This document shows, piece after piece, positions 39,033 through 47,412 of a DNA stretch of 64,000 bases. Origin of the DNA: a bacterium (GTDB taxonomy: Bacteria > Patescibacteriota > UBA1384 > VFKW01). The stretch covers positions 512 through 64,511 of the forward strand of contig JAUSIS010000009.1 in assembly GCA_030647355.1 (NCBI GenBank), written 5' to 3'. How positions within the stretch are numbered: position 1 is the stretch's first letter; the number at the start of each line of letters is the position of its first letter. The position numbers and the translations under genes are program-made. The notes under the pieces are model-generated. The model made no database searches. It was given only the letters and a program-made list of their open reading frames with translations, and was not told where the DNA came from.

Positions 39033-39058
39033 AAAAAACGTCCGAACGGGCGTTTTTT
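39033..39058 (+). terminator. Intrinsic terminator
   Basis: AAAAAACGTCC-gaac-GGGCGTTTTTT. Confidence 0.75.
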
Positions 39059-39162
39059 GAATTCTGTTGCCTTGAAAAATTGGCGGATATTTGCTATAAT
39101 TTATATTATTATGCTCATAGTTTTCGCTTCGCCGCTTGGCAAATAGAGAATTTTCGCTTTCC

Positions 39163-39374
39163 AGGCAGTTAGCTCAGCTGGTCAGAGCGCCCCTCACCTT
39201 TACAGCTATTTGGGCTCGTAGCTCAGTTGGTTAGAGCGTTTCCTTGACGTGGAAAAGGTCTGCAGTTCGAGTCTGCACGAGCCCACAAGAAAAAGAATGT
39301 CCCTAAAGATGTCCCTAATTAAGGTGAGGGGAGGTCACGGGTACAATCCGCCAGCTGGCGGATTGTACTGCCCA
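39163..39374 (+). other. Split, degenerate tRNA-like scaffold (tRNA-Val(TAC)-like) enclosing tRNA-Val(GAC)
   Basis: 5' half AGGCAGT-TA-GCTC-AGCTGGTCA-GAGC-G-CCCCTCACCTT; 3' half AAGGTGAGGGG-AGGTC-ACGGG-[palindrome]-ACTGCCC-A. Confidence 0.7.
39212..39285 (+). tRNA. tRNA-Val (anticodon GAC)
   Basis: Full cloverleaf: GGGCTCG/CGAGCCC, GCTC/GAGC, TTTCC-TT GAC GT-GGAAA, TGCAG-TTCGAGT-CTGCA; discriminator A; CCA not encoded. Confidence 0.96.
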
Positions 39375-39382
39375 CTAAGTAT

Positions 39383-40168
39383 ATGAGGTTAGTTGTGGAA
39401 AAATTATTAATAAAGAATCGCAAGGGGCAAAATATCTCTGTTATTGTAGAAGGAAGTGAAAATCAAAGGGGTCTTGTCTTTGTTATGCATGGGCTCGGAG
39501 GGTTTAAGGAACAGGTCCATATTGAAAATTTTGCCAGTACGTTCTTAGAGAGAAGTTATACAGTTGTTAGGTTTGATACGACTAATACTTTGGGCGAGAG
39601 CGATGGTGATTATGCTAATGCGACCGTTACTAATTATTTTGAGGATTTAAGCGATGTTATTAAATGGGCGAAAGATCGGGACTGGTATATGGAGCCATTT
39701 GTACTAGTGGGCCATAGTTTAGGTGGGATTTGCACCGCTTTGTATGCCCAAAAATACCCGCAGAAAGTAAAAGCATTGGCGCCAATTTCGACCGTTGTTT
39801 CTGGTAAATTGAGCGTGGAAACATATTCCAAAGCAAAACTTAAGGATTGGGAGAAAACTGGGTGGTTGATAAAACCCAGTGCTTCTAAGCCAGGTATTAT
39901 GAAGAAACTTAAATGGTCCCATTTGGCGGATCGGCTGAAATATGATTTACTGCCAGATGTTAGTAAATTAACAATGCCAGTTTTATTGATTGTGGGAGAA
40001 GCGGATACTAGCACCTTACCTAGACATCAGAAGATACTCTTTGAAAAGTTGCCCGGACCAAGAGAATTACATATTATCAAAGGCGCACCGCATACTTTTG
40101 TCGATGCAAAACATTTAGAAGAAATAAAGCGGATAATACTTAATTGGATAGATAAAGAATTAAAGTAG
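39383..40168 (+). CDS. Alpha/beta-fold hydrolase
   Basis: HGLGG, GESDG, GHSLGG nucleophile elbow, G.AD, GA.H. Confidence 0.9.
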   Translation: MRLVVEKLLIKNRKGQNISVIVEGSENQRGLVFVMHGLGGFKEQVHIENFASTFLERSYTVVRFDTTNTLGESDGDYANATVTNYFEDLSDVIKWAKDRDWYMEPFVLVGHSLGGICTALYAQKYPQKVKALAPISTVVSGKLSVETYSKAKLKDWEKTGWLIKPSASKPGIMKKLKWSHLADRLKYDLLPDVSKLTMPVLLIVGEADTSTLPRHQKILFEKLPGPRELHIIKGAPHTFVDAKHLEEIKRIILNWIDKELK

Positions 40169-40170
40169 GA

Positions 40171-40791
40171 TTATTGGGTTAATAGTGAATCTATCTTCTT
40201 CCTGTAGAACTTTAGATCGCGAACTCCCTCTACTTTCTCACCGTTTATAAAGACGGTAGGAGTTGCCTTTATTCCTTTAGATATTCCTTCCTGGTAGTCG
40301 CGGTTGATTAAATCAGCGGTTTGCTTGGAACTAGTACAGGTATGGTATTTATCCATATCAAGACCTGCCTCTTTGGCATAATCATCAATCAATTGGACAT
40401 TTTGCATCCAGTTATCATAATTTTCAATTAGTAGATCGTGAAGTTGGGTAAATTTTTCTTGATCATTAGCACAGAAAGCTGCTGCGGCAGCCGGTTTGGC
40501 TTTATCGTGCTGGGATAATGGAAATTGCTTATAAACAAATCGGACTTTGTTTTTATATTCAGCTTTCAGGGTGGGCATTATTTGCGTGGCAAGGATCTGG
40601 CAGGCAGGGCATTCATAATCATAAAATTCAGCAAAAGTGACTTTGGCATTTCCTGGTCCAATTGATATACCTTGTTCGAATGTTTGCGAGGTACTTTTAT
40701 TTCCGGAATAAATCGCCAAGGCAATGAGTAAAATGATAAAAACTATCGCACTAATAATTGAAAGAGATGAGGGTTGATTTCTTGGTGTCAT
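40171..40791 (-). CDS. DsbA-family thioredoxin-fold protein
   Basis: TM anchor, EFYDYECPAC, FPL..H..A..AA, GI.ATPT.FING. Confidence 0.9.
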   Translation of the reverse strand: MTPRNQPSSLSIISAIVFIILLIALAIYSGNKSTSQTFEQGISIGPGNAKVTFAEFYDYECPACQILATQIMPTLKAEYKNKVRFVYKQFPLSQHDKAKPAAAAAFCANDQEKFTQLHDLLIENYDNWMQNVQLIDDYAKEAGLDMDKYHTCTSSKQTADLINRDYQEGISKGIKATPTVFINGEKVEGVRDLKFYRKKIDSLLTQ

Positions 40792-40913
40792 TTTATTCTC
40801 CTTATTGATTACCAAAACAATATAGCATATAGGGGAATTGTAAACAAGTTTTTCTTGATTGATCTTCTTGCTTATATACCATATATGAGGTATCATAGCT
40901 CTACGGAGAAAAA

Positions 40914-41843
40914 ATGAAAAATCCTTATCTCTCAGTAGTTATACCTTTTTATAACGAACAAGGTTCATTGGAGAAATTAACTCGGGAGTTGTTTGCGGTA
41001 CTTAAGAAAATGAACAAAAGTTTTGAAATAATTTTCGTTGATGACGGGAGTACCGATCGATCGCTTGAGATAGTGAAGAATCTAAACAAAGAGATTAAAG
41101 AGATTGAAATTTTGCATTTTTCCAGGAATCAAGGGAAATCGTCAGTCCTCCAAGCCGGATTCGATAGGGCAAGGGGTGAATATGTTGTAACGATGGACGC
41201 TGATTTACAAGACGACCCCAAAGAGATACCAAACCTATTAAAAGCTTTGGTTAATAAATACGATCTTATATCAGGATGGAAAAAAGATCGCCACGACCCA
41301 TGGCATAAAACCATACCTTCTTTTTTCTTTAATGGCATGATAAGGAGGTTCTCCGGTGTTGGTTTGCATGATATTAATTGCGGTTTGAAAATTTATAAAA
41401 ACGAAGTTGTTAAATCTTTATCAATCTATGGGGAACTATATAGATTTATACCGGTATTGGCGGCGCACAAAGGGTTCAAAGTCGGTGAGATTGTAGTCAA
41501 GCATCGCCCGAGACAGTTTGGTCAGTCAAAATATGGAATCTCAAGATTTTTACGGGGGTTTCTAGATCTACTGACGGTAATATTTTTAACGAAGTTCCTG
41601 AAACGACCACTTCATTTTTTTGGACCATTAGGAATTCTAATGCTGGTTGCCGGCATTGCTATTCTTGGCTACCTAACTTACTTACATTTTGCTTTAAGCC
41701 AGAGTATTGGAGACCGTCCGCTCCTTATTTTTGGCATGATATTTGTTATTGCCGGTTTGCAGTTGATTTTCACGGGATTACTCGCTGAATTAGTAACATA
41801 TTATGCCCAAACTGCAAATAAACTTAATCAAGAAGACAAATGA
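40914..41843 (+). CDS. GT2 polyprenyl-phosphate glycosyltransferase (ArnC/GtrB-like)
   Basis: SVVIP.YNE, VDDGS.D, RN.GK, MDADLQDDP, D.NCG.K, R.FG.SKY, two C-terminal TM helices. Confidence 0.92.
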   Translation: MKNPYLSVVIPFYNEQGSLEKLTRELFAVLKKMNKSFEIIFVDDGSTDRSLEIVKNLNKEIKEIEILHFSRNQGKSSVLQAGFDRARGEYVVTMDADLQDDPKEIPNLLKALVNKYDLISGWKKDRHDPWHKTIPSFFFNGMIRRFSGVGLHDINCGLKIYKNEVVKSLSIYGELYRFIPVLAAHKGFKVGEIVVKHRPRQFGQSKYGISRFLRGFLDLLTVIFLTKFLKRPLHFFGPLGILMLVAGIAILGYLTYLHFALSQSIGDRPLLIFGMIFVIAGLQLIFTGLLAELVTYYAQTANKLNQEDK

Positions 41844-44254
41844 TTAATTGGCTTTCCAATATATTGTCAAATCGTAATTCTTTAGTAAAGAAAGTAGCTG
41901 AAGTCATTGTTTTGATTCTAGCAGCCGTCTTTATTGGAAGATTTCTTTGGAGCGGTTGGCCGCAACTAGTGAATCACATTAAATATGCTAAGGTCGGGTT
42001 AATACTTCTCGGTTTAGTATTATTTTTTATATATTTTGCTTTAAGGTCAATTGCTTGGAAAGTAATAATGGGAACTCTAGGAGCCGATCTTTCGATTAAA
42101 AAGTCCGGGTACATTTGGTTTGTTTCGGAATTCAGCCGGTATATACCTGGAAATGTGTGGTCTTTTTTGGGCAGGGTATATCTTAGTAATAAAGAAAAGA
42201 TTCCTAAGCGAGTGACTAGTTTGAGTTTGATTTTTGAGATATTTTATTTAGTAGGCTCTAGTTTGGGTTTAGGGGTAGTCTTCTTTCTAGTTGGTCCTCC
42301 GGATGTTATAAGACTCCCTTGGTGGATAATATTAATTGTAATTCCCATCATTGTCACTATAATAAATCCAAAAATATTGGGTAGATTGGTTAATAAAGTT
42401 CTTAGGATACTCAAAAAAGATGAATTGAATGTAAAGCTGGGATTCGGCCATTCAATAGGTATATACTTTTTGTATACATTGTCTTGGTTATCGTATGGGT
42501 TAGCATCTTATTTTGTTGCCGCTGCATTTGTTGACATTAGGCATGTCTCTGTTGTCTGGCTGATTTGCGCTTTTGTATTATCTTGGGCAATCGGTTATTT
42601 AAGTTTTGTAACTCCGATGGGTTTAGGCGTACGCGAAGCAATTTTGGTGACAATCTTGAAAACGGTAATTTCAGGACCACTGGCAAGTTTAGTAGCGTTA
42701 GTTACTCGTGTGGCGTTGATCATTTCCGAACTAATCTCACTGAGTATTATTATGCTAATCAAGAAATATTCCGGTGAATGTCACCCTATTGTTAAGCTTG
42801 AAACGTACTGGAGGGGAAACAAACATCAGGCAATTTTGATATTGATGATCGTAATGTATATCGGTTATTTTGCAGTACTGACCTTTCTTCGCCATAGTAA
42901 CTATCTTTCATCTAGATTCGATCTTGGCAATATGGATCAGACTGTCTGGAATACAGCTTTTGGGAATTTTTTCCAGCTTACAAGTCCAGATACAGGTCTG
43001 CAGGTATCACGTTTTTCCATTCATGGTGATATATTTTTAGCGCTTCTGGCGCCTTTTTATCGAATATACGCCTCACCATATGTCCTACTTTTCGTTCAAA
43101 CTGTCATAGTGGCGTTCGGGGCACTGCCATTATATTGGCTGGCAAAAGATATATTAAAGAGTAAGGGCTTAGCCCTGGCTCTAGCATTCGCGTATTTGAT
43201 GAATCCAGGAACGCAGTGGGCAACTATTTTCGATTTCCATAGCGTGACTTTGGCTACCGCATTTTTAGTATATACTTTCTATTTTGCATATAAGAAGAAA
43301 TATTGGCTTTTTGCAATTTTTGCTCTTTTATCCCTAATGACAAAAGAGACGATAGCATTCTCTATTGTTTTGATTTCGCTGTATATAATCATCTCGCAAA
43401 AAAATTATAAAGCAGGAGTATTGGTTGGTACATTGGCTATTGTCTGGTTTGGATTACTGCTGGGTAAAATTATGCCGGAAGCGCGCGATGGGACTAGCTC
43501 TCATTTTGCACTGGGATATTATAAAAGTTTTGGTGCAACTCCAGTTGAAATAATTAAAAACGTTCTATCTCATCCATCATTGGTATTTGATTATATTCAA
43601 GAGAACGGAAGATGGAATTATTTAGGTTGGGTGCTAGCGCCAGCCGGATTTCTCGGGCTGTTGTCTCCGTTCATTTTATTAGCTGTACCTGCAATCGCTA
43701 TAAATGTTTTAAGCGATCAAAGTCAAATGACGAGAATGTATTATCACTACACTAGCGATATTGCGCCCTTTGTTTTTATTTCGACGGTGTTTGGGTTAAG
43801 CTTATTAATCAGAACTCTGCTACGATATATTAAAGTGAATGGTAAACAATTAGATATTAGTTTTTACCAGAAAAAGGCTATTATCTATTTAGTTGCAGTT
43901 ACACTGATAGGGAGTTGGCTGTGGTCTCCCTTGCCACTAGCAAGAAATGCTGATATCAAGGCATTTACTGATCGTAATCCTGCTAAGAATTATCTGGATG
44001 AATTAGCGGCGACCATACCTAAAAGCGCTAGTGTTTCGGCGACTAATCGAATGTCGCCACACTTTACTGACAGAAAGATAAGTTATTATTTTCCCGTTGG
44101 AGTTAACTATGCCGATTATATTGTTATTGAGAAGGGGTATGAGTTTGATATACCTGAAGTGGAAACTTCAAAGATAATTGAGAATTTGGAAGATAGTAGT
44201 AAGCACGACAAAATATATGATGAAAATAACATCGTAGTATTTAAAATGAAGTAG
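41840..44254 (+). CDS. UPF0104/LPG-synthase-TM flippase-like domain fused to a DUF2079 (GT-C-like) domain
   Basis: N-terminal RYIPG.VW...GR and TP.GLGVRE motifs; C-terminal FDLGN.DQ.VWNT, LL.VQT, FDFH...LA, KE, YHY motifs. Confidence 0.75.
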   Translation: MINWLSNILSNRNSLVKKVAEVIVLILAAVFIGRFLWSGWPQLVNHIKYAKVGLILLGLVLFFIYFALRSIAWKVIMGTLGADLSIKKSGYIWFVSEFSRYIPGNVWSFLGRVYLSNKEKIPKRVTSLSLIFEIFYLVGSSLGLGVVFFLVGPPDVIRLPWWIILIVIPIIVTIINPKILGRLVNKVLRILKKDELNVKLGFGHSIGIYFLYTLSWLSYGLASYFVAAAFVDIRHVSVVWLICAFVLSWAIGYLSFVTPMGLGVREAILVTILKTVISGPLASLVALVTRVALIISELISLSIIMLIKKYSGECHPIVKLETYWRGNKHQAILILMIVMYIGYFAVLTFLRHSNYLSSRFDLGNMDQTVWNTAFGNFFQLTSPDTGLQVSRFSIHGDIFLALLAPFYRIYASPYVLLFVQTVIVAFGALPLYWLAKDILKSKGLALALAFAYLMNPGTQWATIFDFHSVTLATAFLVYTFYFAYKKKYWLFAIFALLSLMTKETIAFSIVLISLYIIISQKNYKAGVLVGTLAIVWFGLLLGKIMPEARDGTSSHFALGYYKSFGATPVEIIKNVLSHPSLVFDYIQENGRWNYLGWVLAPAGFLGLLSPFILLAVPAIAINVLSDQSQMTRMYYHYTSDIAPFVFISTVFGLSLLIRTLLRYIKVNGKQLDISFYQKKAIIYLVAVTLIGSWLWSPLPLARNADIKAFTDRNPAKNYLDELAATIPKSASVSATNRMSPHFTDRKISYYFPVGVNYADYIVIEKGYEFDIPEVETSKIIENLEDSSKHDKIYDENNIVVFKMK

Positions 44255-44310
44255 AGTTTTTAAATTGACATAGGTTAAGGTAGGGAGTATAATTTTTTAA
44301 TGGAGAAATC

Positions 44311-45096
44311 ATGATTCTATTATCGGGCAAGAAAATTAGTGAAAAAATAGAGAATGAGGCATTGAAGATAGTCCATGTAATGAGAAAGAAAAATATTGTT
44401 CCTCATCTGGCGGTTATTTTGGTTGGTCACAGAGCAGATAGTGAATTATATGTTGCAATAAAAAAGAAAAAGGCATCAGAATTAGGGATAGACTTTTCAC
44501 TTTATAGATTCGAGGAAGATGAATCTGAAGAATCAGTCATCGAGACGATAAACTATCTAAATGACGACCGGCAAATACATGGAATAATAGTACAATTGCC
44601 TTTGCCTAGTAGATTTGACACAGAAAAGGTGCTAAAAACCATAAATAGAGAGAAAGATGTAGATGATTTGAATGGATTGGGTAAATATTCAGGTCCTTCG
44701 TCAATGGCAGTCGTCACAATTCTTGATGAATATAAAATCGAAACATCCGAAAAAAATATAGTGATTGTAGGCCGCGGTAGATTAGTTGGTCAACCGCTAG
44801 CGAAGTTGCTGGAAAAAAGAGGACTCAATGTTGAATCTGTTGATATTGATACGCATGATTTGATTCGGGCTATTCGGGGAGCGGACATACTAATTGCCGC
44901 TACCGGTACACCGGGGATTATTACTGAAGAATTAGTTAAAAAGGGGTCGGTTGTTATAAGTATGGGAAATGAAGTGAATTTCGATAAAGTGAAGAATCGC
45001 GTAGAGGCAATTACTCCAGTTACCGGAGGTGTTGGTCCTATTACCGTTGCACTACTTTTCAAAAATACAGCTGATGCCGCGCAAGGAATTCGGTAG
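44311..45096 (+). CDS. folD: Methylenetetrahydrofolate dehydrogenase/cyclohydrolase
   Basis: LAVILVG, YV..K, HGIIVQLPLP, KDVD, GRG.LVG.PL, ITPV.GGVGP.TVA.L. Confidence 0.92.
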   Translation: MILLSGKKISEKIENEALKIVHVMRKKNIVPHLAVILVGHRADSELYVAIKKKKASELGIDFSLYRFEEDESEESVIETINYLNDDRQIHGIIVQLPLPSRFDTEKVLKTINREKDVDDLNGLGKYSGPSSMAVVTILDEYKIETSEKNIVIVGRGRLVGQPLAKLLEKRGLNVESVDIDTHDLIRAIRGADILIAATGTPGIITEELVKKGSVVISMGNEVNFDKVKNRVEAITPVTGGVGPITVALLFKNTADAAQGIR

Positions 45097-45155
45097 GCAA
45101 TCGTTTTTTCTCGAAACTGAGTTCTTTGTATTTGAATAGAAATTTTCCCATTCGA

Positions 45156-46886
45156 TTATCTTAGAGCTTCCTCAAGTAACTGGCTGATGGCCATCGCGCC
45201 AATATCCCCTTTTTCTCTGGATCGAACAGAGATATAAAGTTCGTCTTTGGTTGACTTTTCAGCTTCTTTGGGGCCAATAACGAGAATGTAAGGAATTTTT
45301 TGGAGTTCGGCGTTGCGAATTTTCTTTCCAAGAGTTTCATTAGACATATCTACATCCACTCTAATTCCTTGATTTATCAATTTAGTATATACTTTGCAGG
45401 CAAAATCGAAGTTTTTTTCTGAAACAGGTACAACTTGCATCTGAATAGGAGCTAGCCAAAATGGAAAAGCGCCAGCAAAATGTTCAATTAAAATTCCCAT
45501 AAATCGTTCAGGAGATCCGGCAATAGCGCTATGAATTAACACAGGGGTATATTGCTTACCGTCCTGACCAGTATATTCGAGCTTGAACCGCTGAGGCATA
45601 TTGAAATCAAGTTGAATAGTCGAGAGTTGCCACTCTCTGCCAATAGCATCTTTAGCCATAAGATCCATCTTTGGACCGTAAAAGGCAGCTTCACCGGGGG
45701 CTTTAATATAATCAATTTTCTTCTCAGCAAGCAGTCGTTCAAGTATTTTTTGTGATTTCTGCCAATTGTCATCCGTACCAATATAATTAGCTTTGTTTTC
45801 CTCGTCACGCAAGGACAATCGGATATAATATTCCATTGAGTATCGTTTCATTGCCTGACACACTACATCGAGAAGTTTTGAGAACTCCTCACTAATTTGG
45901 TCCTCGCGACAGAAACAGTGACCATCATCTTGTGAGAAACCCCGTAGTCGGGCTAAACCGTTTAGTTCCCCCGGTTTCTCGTCACGATAGAGATTGGCAA
46001 AATCAGCATATCGAATCGGTAAATCTTTATAACTATGCTTTGACGAGGCATAAATTTGGGTGTGCTGAGGACAGTTCATTGGTTTTAGGTAGTATTCTTC
46101 ATTCGTGTAATGTGATGTTACTTTCAGCATATCGTCTTTATATTTATCATAATGGCCAGAAATCTTAAATAGTTCAGCTTTATTTATCTGTTGAGTGTGA
46201 ACGAATTGGTAACCAATTTTTTCACGCAGTTCGGTGGAGAATTTAACAATTAAACGTCGAACTTCGGTGCCTTTAGGGGTGTAAAGCGGCAAGCCGGGGC
46301 CGACTAAATCAGAAAATACGAACAGTCCCAGTTCCCGCCCTAATTTGCGGTGGTCTCGTTTTTCAGCCTCAGAGAGTTGATGAATATATTTTTCCAATTC
46401 CTCTAAATTTGGGAAAGCAGTTCCATATATGCGGGTTAACATAGTATTTCTCTCGTCGCCATGCCAATAGGCACCGGCAATTGAAAGTAATTTATATGCA
46501 TTTATTTCACTTGTTTTTTTAACATGGGGACCGGCACATAGATCGGTAAAATCACCGATTGTATATATACTTACTTTCTCTTCGGGTAAATCATCAATCA
46601 ATTCGAGTTTGAATGGTTGATTGTGGAAAAGTTCTTTAGCTTTGGCTTTAGTGATCTCTGATTTTTCAAAAGGGAGATCGGCTTTAATAATCTCCTCCAT
46701 ATTTTTCTCTATTTTACCTAAATCATCGGGTGTAATTGATTTTTGAAATTTGAGGTCATAATAGAAGCCGTTCTCGACAGCCGGTCCGATGCCATATTTT
46801 ACATCAGGATAAAGTTTCTTTATCGCCGCTGCCATAACATGCGAAGTCGAATGCCTGAGTGTTTCTAAATTTTTCTGTCCTTCCAT
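45156..46886 (-). CDS. thrS: Threonine--tRNA ligase (lacks the N-terminal TGS domain)
   Basis: RHS.SH, DLC.GPH, RIYGTAF, DHRKLG, KPMNCP.H, QDD.H.FC, GEAAFYGPK, TIQLDF. Confidence 0.97.
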   Translation of the reverse strand: MEGQKNLETLRHSTSHVMAAAIKKLYPDVKYGIGPAVENGFYYDLKFQKSITPDDLGKIEKNMEEIIKADLPFEKSEITKAKAKELFHNQPFKLELIDDLPEEKVSIYTIGDFTDLCAGPHVKKTSEINAYKLLSIAGAYWHGDERNTMLTRIYGTAFPNLEELEKYIHQLSEAEKRDHRKLGRELGLFVFSDLVGPGLPLYTPKGTEVRRLIVKFSTELREKIGYQFVHTQQINKAELFKISGHYDKYKDDMLKVTSHYTNEEYYLKPMNCPQHTQIYASSKHSYKDLPIRYADFANLYRDEKPGELNGLARLRGFSQDDGHCFCREDQISEEFSKLLDVVCQAMKRYSMEYYIRLSLRDEENKANYIGTDDNWQKSQKILERLLAEKKIDYIKAPGEAAFYGPKMDLMAKDAIGREWQLSTIQLDFNMPQRFKLEYTGQDGKQYTPVLIHSAIAGSPERFMGILIEHFAGAFPFWLAPIQMQVVPVSEKNFDFACKVYTKLINQGIRVDVDMSNETLGKKIRNAELQKIPYILVIGPKEAEKSTKDELYISVRSREKGDIGAMAISQLLEEALR

Positions 46887-46947
46887 AGTATTTGGCTCCT
46901 CTTATAAAATAATAACAGATTGGATGAGGCTTGTAAATTATATATAG

Positions 46948-47412
46948 CTACACCAGCTTGAGATGCTTATTGAGGATAGCGCGGAATACATCACCTTGAC
47001 TCACTACCCCAACTAGCTTTTTATTTTCCGTAACCGGCAGGCGTCTGATTCGATATAATACCATCATTGACGCCGCTTCCAAAATTGGCAGATCGGGCTG
47101 GGCGAAAATCAGCTCCGTCTCCATGATATCTTTGATTTTAATCTTACCCACTTCGACAGATTTATGCTCTAAGTTTTCAAGATCAAATTCATAAAGTGGG
47201 GTATCCGAGTCAACATCAAATAATTCTCCATAGGTTGGGAAAAGTGTCTTGAGTAAGTCTTTTTCCGAAACTATACCGATGCATTCATTATTTTGATTAA
47301 CCACAGGGAGACCACTGATGCGATTGGCGCTTATCAGCTTAGCGGCGTCTATGAATGAGTCTTCGGGACCGATAGTAATAACTCCGGTCGACATTATCTC
47401 TTTGACCTTCAT
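46948..47412 (-). CDS. CBS-domain protein
   Basis: Paired CBS repeats (ISGLPVV...GIVSEKD; IRRLPV...GVVSQGD); ATGA overlap with glyA. Confidence 0.9.
   Translation of the reverse strand: MKVKEIMSTGVITIGPEDSFIDAAKLISANRISGLPVVNQNNECIGIVSEKDLLKTLFPTYGELFDVDSDTPLYEFDLENLEHKSVEVGKIKIKDIMETELIFAQPDLPILEAASMMVLYRIRRLPVTENKKLVGVVSQGDVFRAILNKHLKLV

Noticed and set aside
39163-39374. Outer element as a functional tRNA with a group I intron or a bulge-helix-bulge intron
   Set aside because: The insert is too short and has no group I core, no clear bulge-helix-bulge was seen, and the outer T-arm is disrupted; reported as a tRNA-like scaffold instead.
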